A stretch of DNA of 64,000 bases, taken from Candidatus Poribacteria bacterium (GTDB lineage: Bacteria > Poribacteria > WGA-4E > WGA-3G). Shown here piece by piece: positions 1-9,186 of this stretch. The notes below the pieces were generated by a model that had not been told where the DNA came from, did not search any database, and saw nothing but the letters and a program-made list of their open reading frames with translations. Made by a program: the position numbers and the translations under genes. Where the stretch lies: NCBI GenBank assembly GCA_963664215.1, contig OY761014.1; one strand, written 5' to 3'. The stretch's first letter is position 1; each line of letters opens with the position of its first letter.

Positions 1-4
1 ATTT

Positions 5-406
5 TTGAAGAATTTGGTTGGAATTATACTTGGGGATGCTGCGCCTTTAATTGTAAGGGCGGGGTTTATAATAACTTTGTTGGCAAGTATATTTTTTTCT
101 ACCGGTCTTGTGAACTTACCACTTCTGGTTCGATCTCTTATACCTGGAATCCTGCTTTTATGTATTTTTACTTTTGCCTTCTATGATCCTGCCCTTCGCG
201 GATTACTGACAAGATCAAAAATTAGAACAATTGCGAGGGTAATTTCTGGGATTTTAGCGGTTATCTTTTTAGTGGGTGGCACCTGGTTGGAGTTAAATCA
301 GAAACCTATGCACTGGGTAGGAATGTTGAGTAGTATGCCTCTTGGTTTTTTGCTATCTGATTTTATTCTTTGGATGCAACATAGAGATTCAACGAGGCAT
401 CTGTAA
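5..406 (+). CDS. Hypothetical membrane protein (~4 TM), may be 5'-truncated by the window
   Basis: 133-aa hydrophobic ORF directly upstream of the ABC ATPase; TTG start at the window edge. Confidence 0.6.
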   Translation: MKNLVGIILGDAAPLIVRAGFIITLLASIFFSTGLVNLPLLVRSLIPGILLLCIFTFAFYDPALRGLLTRSKIRTIARVISGILAVIFLVGGTWLELNQKPMHWVGMLSSMPLGFLLSDFILWMQHRDSTRHL

Positions 407-428
407 TTTGCTAATGGGTGTGTAACAA

Positions 429-1235
429 ATGGCTATAGCGATATCAAAGAAGCCTATTGTTCAGGTACATGCTCTTTCAAAAATCTATAGTGGTGTGGGT
501 ACACCTTCGACCGAAGCACTCAGGAACATCAATTTAGATGTCAGCAAGGGCGAAATCGTTTGTATCGTTGGCAAGAGTGGGTGTGGAAAGACGACCCTGC
601 TTAATATTATCGCTGGCATCCTCGAACCCACCTCTGGGAGTGTATCTGTCTTTGGAGAACCCCCTTCCAAAGCACATTCAAAGATTAGCTATATGCCACA
701 AGGGGCAAAGCTACTCCCGTATCGAAATGTTCTCCAGAACGCTGCCATTAGCCTTGAACTTCAAAATACGTTAACACCCGAAACGATACGGAAACTCACG
801 GAACTTTTGGATTTTCTCGGTTTAGCCGAATTTACAAATTACTATCCCAAAGAATTATCGGGCGGTATGCAGCAACGGGTCGTCCTCGCCAGGACATTAG
901 CCGTTGATGCATCGCTCCTCTTGTGTGATGAACCCTTTATCTCCTTAGATTTCAACACACGTTTAGAACTTGAGGACCTGTTATGGCAGACGGTTAAAAC
1001 CGAAAATAAGACCTGTGTGTTCATTACGCACGATATTGAATCGGCAGTCGCCTTGGGCGATCAAATTGTTGTCATGTCCCCACGCCCCGGCTCTATTTGG
1101 TGCAGCATCGATATGAACGCGGAAATTGCACAAACGTCCCCGGTCGTTCGCAGGCGATTGCCACTTTTCTCACAGTATTTTTCAGAAGTTTGGCAAGCCC
1201 TCCGCGAAAGTGAAGATTCCAATGATAAAACGTAA
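429..1235 (+). CDS. ABC transporter ATP-binding protein, NitT/TauT/SsuB-like
   Basis: Walker A GKSGCGKT, signature LSGGMQQR, Walker B LLLCDEPF, H-loop ITHD, 'VVMSPRPG' typical of this subfamily. Confidence 0.93.
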   Translation: MAIAISKKPIVQVHALSKIYSGVGTPSTEALRNINLDVSKGEIVCIVGKSGCGKTTLLNIIAGILEPTSGSVSVFGEPPSKAHSKISYMPQGAKLLPYRNVLQNAAISLELQNTLTPETIRKLTELLDFLGLAEFTNYYPKELSGGMQQRVVLARTLAVDASLLLCDEPFISLDFNTRLELEDLLWQTVKTENKTCVFITHDIESAVALGDQIVVMSPRPGSIWCSIDMNAEIAQTSPVVRRRLPLFSQYFSEVWQALRESEDSNDKT

Positions 1236-2019
1236 AATCAACCAGCTCCTCGGCTTTCTTCCGCTGCTTTTCTTCCTCACTGTGTGGCAACTCTTAGCAG
1301 ACCAATCTACCCGCACGCAATTTCTGTTCGGATCTCCGATTCTAGTGATTCGGAAACTTGCTGTCAATATCGCGAATGGAGAACTGTTGATTCATGCTGC
1401 TGTTACAGGCATTGAAGCACTCGGTGGATTCCTGATAGGGGTCATCGTCGGGAGTATGATCGGTTTTTCCCTTTTATACTTCCCAAAACTGGCCTCCATC
1501 TCTCGACCCTATGTCTTGGCACTCGGTTCTATTCCGATATTTGCTTTTGCGCCAATGATGATTGTGTGGTTTGGGGTAGGTATTCAGATGAAAATTGCGA
1601 TGGCGACATTTTCTACGATCTTGGTAGCACTCTCGCAAGCATACGATGGCGGGAAAAAAGTTGATCCTGAACTAAAGACATTGTTTGAGCTCAACAATAG
1701 TTCAAATAGACAGCTGTTCCAGAAACTCATTCTCCCTTCCTCTATTGATTGGGTGCTTGCTTCTCTTCGGTTAAACATTGGGTTAGCACTCTTGGGTGCG
1801 TTCATAGGAGAGTTTATTGCATCCGAACAGGGGCTCGGTTACATCATGCTAAAGGCAGGCGGTTTATACGATATTCCCTACGTGCTTGCAGCAGGGGTGT
1901 GTATTGTCGGATTGGCGTTTTTGTTCAATCTGTTTGTCAGTGTTATTGAACGCAATCGGTGGTGGTTTGTTGAATTAATCGCTGTACCGGGCATTCTCCG
2001 TGTGAGAAAATCAGAATAA
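1222..2019 (+). CDS. ABC transporter permease, NitT/TauT/SsuC-like
   Basis: Multiple TM helices; 'IPIFAFAPMMIVWFG' and 'GAFIGEFIASEQGLG' motifs; likely start is ATG 1222 overlapping the ATPase end, not 1126. Confidence 0.9.
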   Translation: MIKRKINQLLGFLPLLFFLTVWQLLADQSTRTQFLFGSPILVIRKLAVNIANGELLIHAAVTGIEALGGFLIGVIVGSMIGFSLLYFPKLASISRPYVLALGSIPIFAFAPMMIVWFGVGIQMKIAMATFSTILVALSQAYDGGKKVDPELKTLFELNNSSNRQLFQKLILPSSIDWVLASLRLNIGLALLGAFIGEFIASEQGLGYIMLKAGGLYDIPYVLAAGVCIVGLAFLFNLFVSVIERNRWWFVELIAVPGILRVRKSE

Positions 2020-2195
2020 CTCTTCAGCCAATACCTGCACCAAAAAAGGTTAAAAATATAGGGTGAATGTCCTAATTGTGATAAGATGTTATGGGAAACC
2101 GGCACAGAAGGCTGGCAGAGGACGCTGGAGAACAGGTGGTATGCAGAGAACGCTATCAACGTCTATTGAATCGAGTATTTTGAGGAGGAACCCGT

Positions 2196-3761
2196 ATGCG
2201 TAAACTCAAAATAGGTATTCTTGACCTTGTTGCCAACAGATCGAAGCGAACTTTATGGTCCCGGACAATGAACCCGAATTTTGCGAGTATTATGCCCCAA
2301 GTGATCGCGACGTGGTGCGAAGCAGCGGGACACACTGTCACATTTGGGTATTATTTAGGCGGTGAAGATATTGTAGAAGCCTTACCCGCGGACGACGACA
2401 TGGACCTTGTCATCATCAGTTCATACACACAAGCCGCCCAATTGGCGTATGCGTTGAGTAACTTTTACCGAGCCAAAGGCGCGATTACTGTGCTGGGGGG
2501 ACCGCATGCCCGGTGCTATCCCCAAGATGCAGCGCAGTATTTTGACTACGTTCTGGGGTTCACAGATAAAACCGTTATCCACGATCTTTTGCAAGACTGT
2601 TCACAGCATCGTCCAATCGGGGTTCACCTCTCAGCGGACAAACAACCCACAGTGTTTCCCGGTGTCCAGGAACGTTGGAAGTTCATTGACCTCGCACACC
2701 GTAAAGCCCCGTGGATTAAGTTGGTACCCATGCTCGGTAGCACTGGATGCCCATATACCTGTAGTTTCTGTATCGATTCAGTCGTTCCCTATCAACCGCT
2801 GGACTTTGATACGCTGAAATCAGATCTGCGGTTCTTGTTGGGTAAGTTTAAGCGTCCACTGGTTGGATGGCACGACCCGAACTTCGGTATCCGATTCGAT
2901 GCGTATCTGTCTGCGATTGAAGAAGCCGTGCCGCAAAACAGCATAGATTTTGTTGCTGAAAGCAGTCTATCGCTGCTCTCAGAACCCCACGTGCAGCGTC
3001 TGCAACGCAACGGCTTTGTGGCGTTGTTACCTGGAATTGAGTCGTGGTCAGACTTCGGGAACAAATCAAAGACAGGGAGAAACAGCGGCATCGATAAAGT
3101 CCGGAGGGTTTCTGAACAGGTGAATATGATCTTGAAATACGTGCCATACGTCCAAACCAATTTTGTCTTGGGCGTTGATGCCGACGAAGGCGTGGAACCC
3201 TTTGAGTTGACGAAACATTTCGTGGATATAACACCCGGTGCGTTTCCCGCTTATGCGTTGTTGACCGCTTATGGACAAGCCGCGCCTTTGAATCTTGAAT
3301 ATCAACGCTCGGATCGTGTGATGCCTGTTCCGTTTCACTTCTTAGGCAACACGCAGTCGATGAATGTTAAGCCGAAAAACTACGCTTGGGAGACCTTCTA
3401 CAAATCCATGATTGATTTGTTGGGACATTCAGTGTCGTGGAAGTCGATTTTCAAGCGTTACAATTCAACGAAATCGTTTCTCCCGCGGTGGCTGAACACG
3501 ATACGCGGTATCTCAGAGTTTAAAAGAGTGCGTTTGTATCAGGAAACTGTCCGTCAGTTCGATGAGAATCCGGGGTTCAAGGCTTTCTTTGAAGGTGAGA
3601 CGCGAGAAATTCCACAGTTCTTCGTGAATCGGATACGCGAGGATCTCGGTATCTTTTGGGAATGGCTCCCGGAGGGGGCACTCTATCATGATCCGAACGC
3701 CTATCTCAAGGAAACCCAGGAAACTTCGTTGACACAGTTAGAAAACGTCTCTCTCCAATAA
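2196..3761 (+). CDS. Cobalamin-binding radical SAM protein (class B methyltransferase-like)
   Basis: N-terminal B12-binding region (LGGPHA), CxxxCxxC motif GCPYTCSFC; substrate unknown. Confidence 0.88.
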   Translation: MRKLKIGILDLVANRSKRTLWSRTMNPNFASIMPQVIATWCEAAGHTVTFGYYLGGEDIVEALPADDDMDLVIISSYTQAAQLAYALSNFYRAKGAITVLGGPHARCYPQDAAQYFDYVLGFTDKTVIHDLLQDCSQHRPIGVHLSADKQPTVFPGVQERWKFIDLAHRKAPWIKLVPMLGSTGCPYTCSFCIDSVVPYQPLDFDTLKSDLRFLLGKFKRPLVGWHDPNFGIRFDAYLSAIEEAVPQNSIDFVAESSLSLLSEPHVQRLQRNGFVALLPGIESWSDFGNKSKTGRNSGIDKVRRVSEQVNMILKYVPYVQTNFVLGVDADEGVEPFELTKHFVDITPGAFPAYALLTAYGQAAPLNLEYQRSDRVMPVPFHFLGNTQSMNVKPKNYAWETFYKSMIDLLGHSVSWKSIFKRYNSTKSFLPRWLNTIRGISEFKRVRLYQETVRQFDENPGFKAFFEGETREIPQFFVNRIREDLGIFWEWLPEGALYHDPNAYLKETQETSLTQLENVSLQ

Positions 3762-3788
3762 ATCGCATCTACCGCGGAAGTGACGCTG

Positions 3789-3831
3789 CCGGTGCCCGGT
3801 GCGATCAGGGTGAAAGACCCTACCGGGCTGG
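3789..3831 (+). ncRNA. Candidate structured RNA: bulged hairpin capped by GGGUGAAAGACCC
   Basis: ccgg/ctgg, cccggt/accggg and agggt/accct stems nested around a GAAAG loop, in the 3' UTR before a terminator. Confidence 0.3.
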
Positions 3832-3853
3832 GGATCAAAAATCGATTTAAAGC

Positions 3854-3895
3854 AAAACAGGGGAGTTCCCGAAGGAGCTCCTCTGTTTTGTTTGT
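3854..3895 (+). terminator. Intrinsic terminator (possibly bidirectional)
   Basis: aaaacaggggagttcc-cgaa-ggagctcctctgtttt followed by a T-rich tail. Confidence 0.8.
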
Positions 3896-3982
3896 TTACA
3901 AAGGTGCCGGCACATTCCCTTGAATTGCTGCCTATTTATAGTTTGTATCAAATGACCCCATGAGTTACACTAAGAGTATGAG

Positions 3983-4003
3983 TACATCTAACAGGTAGAT
4001 GTA
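3983..4003. promoter_or_regulatory. Inverted repeat (operator or recombination-site-like)
   Basis: tacatcta-acagg-tagatgta, perfect 8-bp arms, ~35 bp upstream of the DUF1670-like gene. Confidence 0.4.
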
Positions 4004-4038
4004 TTTACATCACCGACACTCACTTCATGGAGGTCGAT

Positions 4039-4838
4039 ATGAATCGTAAGAAGGACACCGCTTATGGTGTCAAACGCATTGAGTCCAAGAATGCCAGATC
4101 GGCGATTATTCAGAAGATTTCAGAAGACTTTAATCTTATGCCTATAGTGGCGGAAGCCTACTATAAACAGATTTCTACCTACTTTGCCCAACATGCCGAT
4201 GTTCAACTCACTTCAGGGACCAATCTGTTACGAGGCAGTGGCTGCGGAGGAACCAGCAGGTAAACATATCGCTTTAGCGAAAAAAGTCTCCTGTCGTTTG
4301 AAACTCAATGACATCGAAAGCGATCTTGAAGTCTTGGTCCGATTATGGCCTAGCCGGTCTCAGACGCCATCGGATCCTACGATTGACCAAAGAGGCTTAT
4401 GACCAAGACGCTTTGCTGACTTATGAGGATTTAGCTGTTTTATTAACCAGCTCTCCTGCGACGATGAAACGCGACATTCAACACTTAAGGCGAGAAGGCT
4501 ATTTCGTGATGACGCGCGGGACGAAACTCGACATGGGCCCAGGGCTATCTCACAAGACGCAGATCCTCGAGTTGTATTTCAAGGCGTATACCTTCACCGA
4601 GATTGAGCAAAAGACGAACCACTCCGAACGCGCCGTCTACCGCTATTTGAGAGACTTCACACACGTCGCCACGCTTCATGCTCAAGACTTTCCGAAGGGT
4701 CAGATACGCCTGATTACCCACCTCTCTGACCGTTTGATTCGCGAATATCTCTCGCTGTATGAGGAATATCAACACACCGATCGCATGACCCAGCTCCTTC
4801 ATCCAGAACCTATGGATGAAAAAAAGGGGGATCTCTGA
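4039..4838 (+). pseudogene. DUF1670-like protein A, two +1 frameshifts (~4217, ~4337)
   Basis: Three overlapping frames join into MNRKKD...LTSG/ICYEAVAAEEPAGK...LEVL/SDYGLAGLRRHRILRLTKEAYDQDALLT...RGTKLDMGPGLSHK; SD ggagg; family assignment from motif recall. Confidence 0.7.
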
Positions 4839-5697
4839 TGAGCAAACCTTTGACGCGCACGCAACATAACGAGAAGAAAGTCAGGCGCATCAACGATAAG
4901 TCTCTACGACAGTTGTTGATCCATCGCTTTCTCAACGACTACGGATATGACAAAGGCGAAGTCACTGCCACTGCTATTGTGGATGACATCCTCAAGACCG
5001 TTGAGGCGTATTTCGTCATTACTCTCCCGTTGGAGAAACTCGCCAGGGGCGACCAACTTCCAGAGGAACGGCTCCTGCGGTATGGACAACTCGTCTGGAT
5101 GGCGGTCCCTCTTGATGAATACCCTCAAAAAGGCAAAGCCATCGTCAAAACCCGTATGAAACCTATCATTCTGACCTATGTTGCCGCAGAGGATGTCGAA
5201 TCGTTTCGCAACGGATTCACCTCCCGACAACTCAGAATTAATCGCTTAGTCCGCTGGTGTCATCAAGCGTATGACCAGGGTGCCTTATTGACGCAACTCG
5301 ACTTGGCAGTCTTGCTCAACGTCTGTGACAAGGTCGTCAGCGATTACGTCAATGAGTGGAACCAAGAACCACAGGCGAAATCTTACCCACCCGTGGCAAT
5401 ATTCATGACTTATCAGGAGCGATTACTCACAAGAAAGAGATCATCACACTCTATCTTCAAGGGTATCTCACCCCGACTATTGCTGCCAAGACCAGGCATT
5501 CCAAGGAGGCGGTCGATCGATACATTCGGGATTATGAGTCGGTGAAAGTCGTTCGTGCTGCGACTGCTGATGTTGACACAATCTCACAGATTACACGACT
5601 TTCTAAACGCGTTATCACTCAATACCTTGACCTAATTCCACAGCATCAACTCCAAACCCTTGATGCCAACTTAGCAAAACAGGAGGAGTTGAGTTGA
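4838..5697 (+). pseudogene. DUF1670-like protein B, one frameshift (~5362)
   Basis: RWCHQAYDQGALLTQLDLA.../RTTGEILPTRGNIHDLSGAITHKKEII...HSKEAVDRYI; paralogous to gene A; TGATG stop-start coupling. Confidence 0.7.
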
Positions 5698-5705
5698 AAA
5701 TAGGG

Positions 5706-5734
5706 TTGACACCCTCTGCCCGTATTGTTATACT
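5706..5734 (+). promoter_or_regulatory. Sigma70-type promoter pointing away from the DUF1670 pair
   Basis: TTGACA-17-TATACT. Confidence 0.65.
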
Positions 5735-5832
5735 TGAAGCAAATGTGCCTTAAAGCACATCCTTCCACTCATCAGCGATAACTGGGAAGCTAATGAACAT
5801 CAGCCTCCCAGCTATCCTATGGTCATATGATA

Positions 5833-8301
5833 CTATTTCACGATGACCATCTTGCGGAGTAACGACCCCGTGTCGGTCTCTAACTGGTAAAAATATACGC
5901 CACTGGCGACGGTTTCTCCGAGGGTATTTTTTCCATCCCAATAGGCGGCTCGGCTTTGACGGGTATAATACCCCGCAGGCTGCTGTCCAAGAGGCAGGAC
6001 CCGCACCAATACGCCTTTGGCATCGTAGATGTTAATCACAATATGTGCAGAGGTTGCTAAATGATACGGTATCCATGTCTCTGGATTGAAGGGATTCGGA
6101 TAATTCGGCAGCAGGACTGTTTCTACAGGCGTATTTCTACTGTGTGTCGTTAATACTGCTAACAACTTTTCCAATTCCTGAAGTCCTTTTTGGGAGACGG
6201 TATCTCTATTGTTCAGAGACTTGGCACGGTCAATCCAATATCGGAGGCTTTCGGCGGTGAGCCCCTCGGAGACGCGTGATCCTGATACAGGTGCGCCTGG
6301 AGCCGCTTCGAGGATGGCGATAACCCTTAGGACATCTTTACGGTTCACCACACCATCGGCGTCGACATCAGGGTTTGGATACACCCCCTTTTGGACGGAT
6401 TTGCCGAAACTTGAGGCAACATCGATGAGATCTTTGACATCAACGACTCCATCAAGATTAACATCTTCAGCGGCAATTTTGGGCAATGCGTTCATATTGT
6501 AGATGAGAATGGTGTGGTCCTCTCCGTGACTTACGAGTGTCTTACCGTTAGGAACAAACGCTAAGTAATGCATACCTTCGGAGGGGCCAAGAAGCGACCG
6601 CCGGAGTTTCCCTGTGCGGGCGTTCCACAAATGGATTCTCTGCCAATCGCCACTCGCCAAGGTCTGCCCATCTTTTGAATACGCCAAGGCTTGACCTCTG
6701 CCATCAATAATTTGCTGAAGTTGACCGGTCTGGGTGTTCTGTAACTGAATATTGTTCCAACCTCCAGTGGCTAAGACCTTCCCATCGGGTGAGAACGCCA
6801 CAGATCCGCGACTGGACAGTTCGGTAGAGATCGTCCGTAGGAGTTTCCCCGTGTTCGGGTTCCACAAACGCCCTTCACCGCCCCAAATCCCCGTTGCTAA
6901 CATTTTACTATCGGGTGAGAAGACCATTGACTCGATCCCTTGCTGATGTCCCGTGAGCGTCCGCAGGAGTTTTCCTGTGCGTGCATTCCATAAACGTATT
7001 TTACCGTCCCAACTCCCTCCGGCGACCAATTTACCGTTAGGTGAAAATGCGATGGAACCGACAGGCTCGCCTTGATAGCGAAGTGCTTTATTGACGTTTC
7101 CCGTCTGGGCATTCAAGAGCAGCACCTGCAGGCCGTCGTTCCAGGATCCAACCCCCAATGTATTGCCATTGGGAGAATACGCGATGGCAAAGATCCTATC
7201 GCCTTGAACCTGAAACGCTTGGGAAAATTTCCCGTTTGAAGTGTTCCATAAATAAATATCTTTTTCACTCGCGGTCGCGATGGTCTTGCCGTTAGGAGAC
7301 AGGGCGACCCTTTCGAATACAAAATGCCCTTCAATCGTCAATCGGTTCGATCCTGTCGCAAAATCCCACAAACGAATTGTGCCATCCGAACTCGCACTCA
7401 CTAAGGTGTTCCCATCAGATGAAAAGACCATGCGGTGGACACCATTTGTATGTCCAGAAAACGTCCGTTGGGTTTGACGGGTTCTGGCATTCAACAACCG
7501 GATTTCATGCGTTCCCACGGCGATCTGGTTGCCATCTGGGGAATATGCGAGCGACTCAGCCCACATATCAAGCGTTGTCTTTCCACCCTTCTTTGTGTTG
7601 TAGAAATGAATCGTGCCATCCCAACTCGCACTCACTAAGGTGTTCCCATCGGGTGACAACGCCATTGATTGAATAAGGTCATTATGTCCAGAAAGCGTCC
7701 GTATGAGTTTACCGGTGCGGGTATTCCACACGCGAATCCCTGTATCTCGACCGTCTCGTGCCGCACTCACTAAGGTCTTATTATCCGGTAAAAATGATAG
7801 ATGCGCAACATCGCTGGTATGCCCAGAAAGCGCTCTTTGCAGATCCCCCGTCCCAGCATTCAAGATATCAATGCCCCCCCAGCGTCCAACTGCCAGCAGT
7901 TGCCCGTTGGGAGAATACGCAATGGATTGGCTGCCTTGAGAGTCAAAGGTTGTTTTCTGTTTTTGGGTCTCTGGATTCCATAAAAGGATCTCCCTATCAC
8001 TCACACTTGTCAATGTTTTGCCATTGGGCGAATAGGCGACCGTACGGACCCAAGCTGTATGTCCGGTGAGAAGTGCGATCTCGGCACCTGTGTTCATATT
8101 ATAGAGCCAAATCCCAAGACCTGTCGCGATGGCGAGTTGGGTGCCATCCGGCGATACCGCAATATCATTCGCTCTCCCTTTACCGATACGCGCCTTGACC
8201 CCTTCGGGTAAGTGCCACTGCCGTGTGTCTTGGGCGAAACTGTCCTGTAGAAGTAGCATGCCAACAAACAATAAAGGAATTAAAAACAAACGTTTCTCCA
8301 T
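5833..8301 (-). CDS. Secreted WD40-repeat protein with dockerin/EF-hand-like domain and T9SS-type/FlgD-like C-terminal sorting domain
   Basis: Signal peptide MEKRLFLIPLLFVGMLLLQDSFAQ; many GH..V..[LV]AFSPDG..L.S.S.DGTIRLW repeats; DVNLDGVVDVKD; LPNYPNPFNPETWIPY tail; SD aagga supports start 8301. Confidence 0.92.
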   Translation of the reverse strand: MEKRLFLIPLLFVGMLLLQDSFAQDTRQWHLPEGVKARIGKGRANDIAVSPDGTQLAIATGLGIWLYNMNTGAEIALLTGHTAWVRTVAYSPNGKTLTSVSDREILLWNPETQKQKTTFDSQGSQSIAYSPNGQLLAVGRWGGIDILNAGTGDLQRALSGHTSDVAHLSFLPDNKTLVSAARDGRDTGIRVWNTRTGKLIRTLSGHNDLIQSMALSPDGNTLVSASWDGTIHFYNTKKGGKTTLDMWAESLAYSPDGNQIAVGTHEIRLLNARTRQTQRTFSGHTNGVHRMVFSSDGNTLVSASSDGTIRLWDFATGSNRLTIEGHFVFERVALSPNGKTIATASEKDIYLWNTSNGKFSQAFQVQGDRIFAIAYSPNGNTLGVGSWNDGLQVLLLNAQTGNVNKALRYQGEPVGSIAFSPNGKLVAGGSWDGKIRLWNARTGKLLRTLTGHQQGIESMVFSPDSKMLATGIWGGEGRLWNPNTGKLLRTISTELSSRGSVAFSPDGKVLATGGWNNIQLQNTQTGQLQQIIDGRGQALAYSKDGQTLASGDWQRIHLWNARTGKLRRSLLGPSEGMHYLAFVPNGKTLVSHGEDHTILIYNMNALPKIAAEDVNLDGVVDVKDLIDVASSFGKSVQKGVYPNPDVDADGVVNRKDVLRVIAILEAAPGAPVSGSRVSEGLTAESLRYWIDRAKSLNNRDTVSQKGLQELEKLLAVLTTHSRNTPVETVLLPNYPNPFNPETWIPYHLATSAHIVINIYDAKGVLVRVLPLGQQPAGYYTRQSRAAYWDGKNTLGETVASGVYFYQLETDTGSLLRKMVIVK

Positions 8302-8390
8302 AAGAATCATCCTTATTATAACTGAGTTACTATTGTTAAAACGATTGGCGACAGCACACATCAATAGACTCCCGATTCGCGATATTGAGG

Positions 8391-8444
8391 AATGCTATAC
8401 CAGGAAACAGAGAATAGTATAGCATTTTTGACATTTTTTGTAAA
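8391..8444 (-). promoter_or_regulatory. Sigma70 promoter overlapped by a 10-bp inverted repeat
   Basis: TTTACA-17-TATACT on the - strand; aatgctatac (8391-8400) and gtatagcatt (8417-8426) arms. Confidence 0.55.
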
Positions 8445-8617
8445 AAAAGAGCGGTGTTTCCTCCCCAACCTACAAGGATGGGGCTCCACACCGAAGATGG
8501 ATAGAGTTTTCAGTTTCCAGTTATCAGTTACAAGAAATGTGCATCAAACGACCCCCTCTTCACTGACGATTGACAACTGATAATCCGAGTTGAGACTCTA
8601 TCCGCCAAGTATTTTAA

Positions 8618-8659
8618 AAAACGAAAGCCGAGGCATCAGAGACCCCCCGGCTTCGTTTG
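8618..8659 (-). terminator. Terminator of the collapsed lamin-tail remnant
   Basis: aaacgaaagccg...cggcttcgttt hairpin at the same position relative to the stop as in the three full paralogues. Confidence 0.6.
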
Positions 8660-8711
8660 GTTAAGGTGAGTTGAAACAAATTTTATCCCCGCAATAACCT
8701 TTTTGTTCCTA

Positions 8712-8943
8712 CTACTCATTGGACGACTTCAATTTCCCCCACGTGGAGGTAAGTTTGCCTGCGGCACCGGAGGTGTCTCTTCGGGTTCTTGAGATGGTGT
8801 AAGATCCTCAATGGGATCAGTCCCGGGTGTGCCAGTTCGGACACCCGTTGCCCCCGCGGTTAAAGTTGGTGCTTGGCTGCATAGATGCCATCCAAGCACT
8901 TGCCATTTGACCGTAACGAGACTGCCAGTTTCTTTGACGACAT
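8712..8943 (-). pseudogene. Collapsed remnant of a lamin-tail surface-protein paralogue
   Basis: SD plus MSSKKLAVSL, fused to an internal piece (ASAWMASMQPSTNF..TGTPGTDPIED..) and to the C-terminal GAAGKLTSTWGKLKSSNE*; conserved 3' UTR. Confidence 0.8.
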
Positions 8944-9032
8944 TCGTTTACTCTCCTTGTTCTTAATGAAGTGGACAGCATAGGAGTGCCTACCCCTATA
9001 TATTAAAGTATATATTTAAAATGCAACGATAC

Positions 9033-9062
9033 TTGACTTTTGAGCGTAGAAATACGTATAAT
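9033..9062 (+). promoter_or_regulatory. Sigma70-type promoter
   Basis: TTGACT-18-TATAAT. Confidence 0.55.
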
Positions 9063-9068
9063 TATAAA

Positions 9069-9186
9069 GTAACCTCTTGGATCGAGGTTAAACCTAACCG
9101 GTCCTGAGGACGACGCTAACGTCTTCCATTTAATCAAACGAAAAGGGTAGCCAAGGGGGAATTAGGGAACTCCCCTGGCTACCCAC
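9069..9186 (+). ncRNA. Candidate ~115-nt small RNA with a 5' pseudoknot
   Basis: aacctc/gaggtt stem whose loop ggatc can pair with ggtcc (9100-9104); gaggacg/cgtcttc hairpin; final gggtagcca../..tggctaccc hairpin; no ATG-initiated ORF seen. Confidence 0.4.

Noticed and set aside
3775-3850. Cobalamin riboswitch or SRP RNA next to the B12 radical SAM gene
   Set aside because: It lies downstream of the gene, has no B12-box, and lacks the SRP AGCAG internal-loop motif.
8301-8400. Pseudoknot leader upstream of the WD40 gene
   Set aside because: Nested hairpins are possible, but the crossing pairings are only about 4 bp, too weak to claim.
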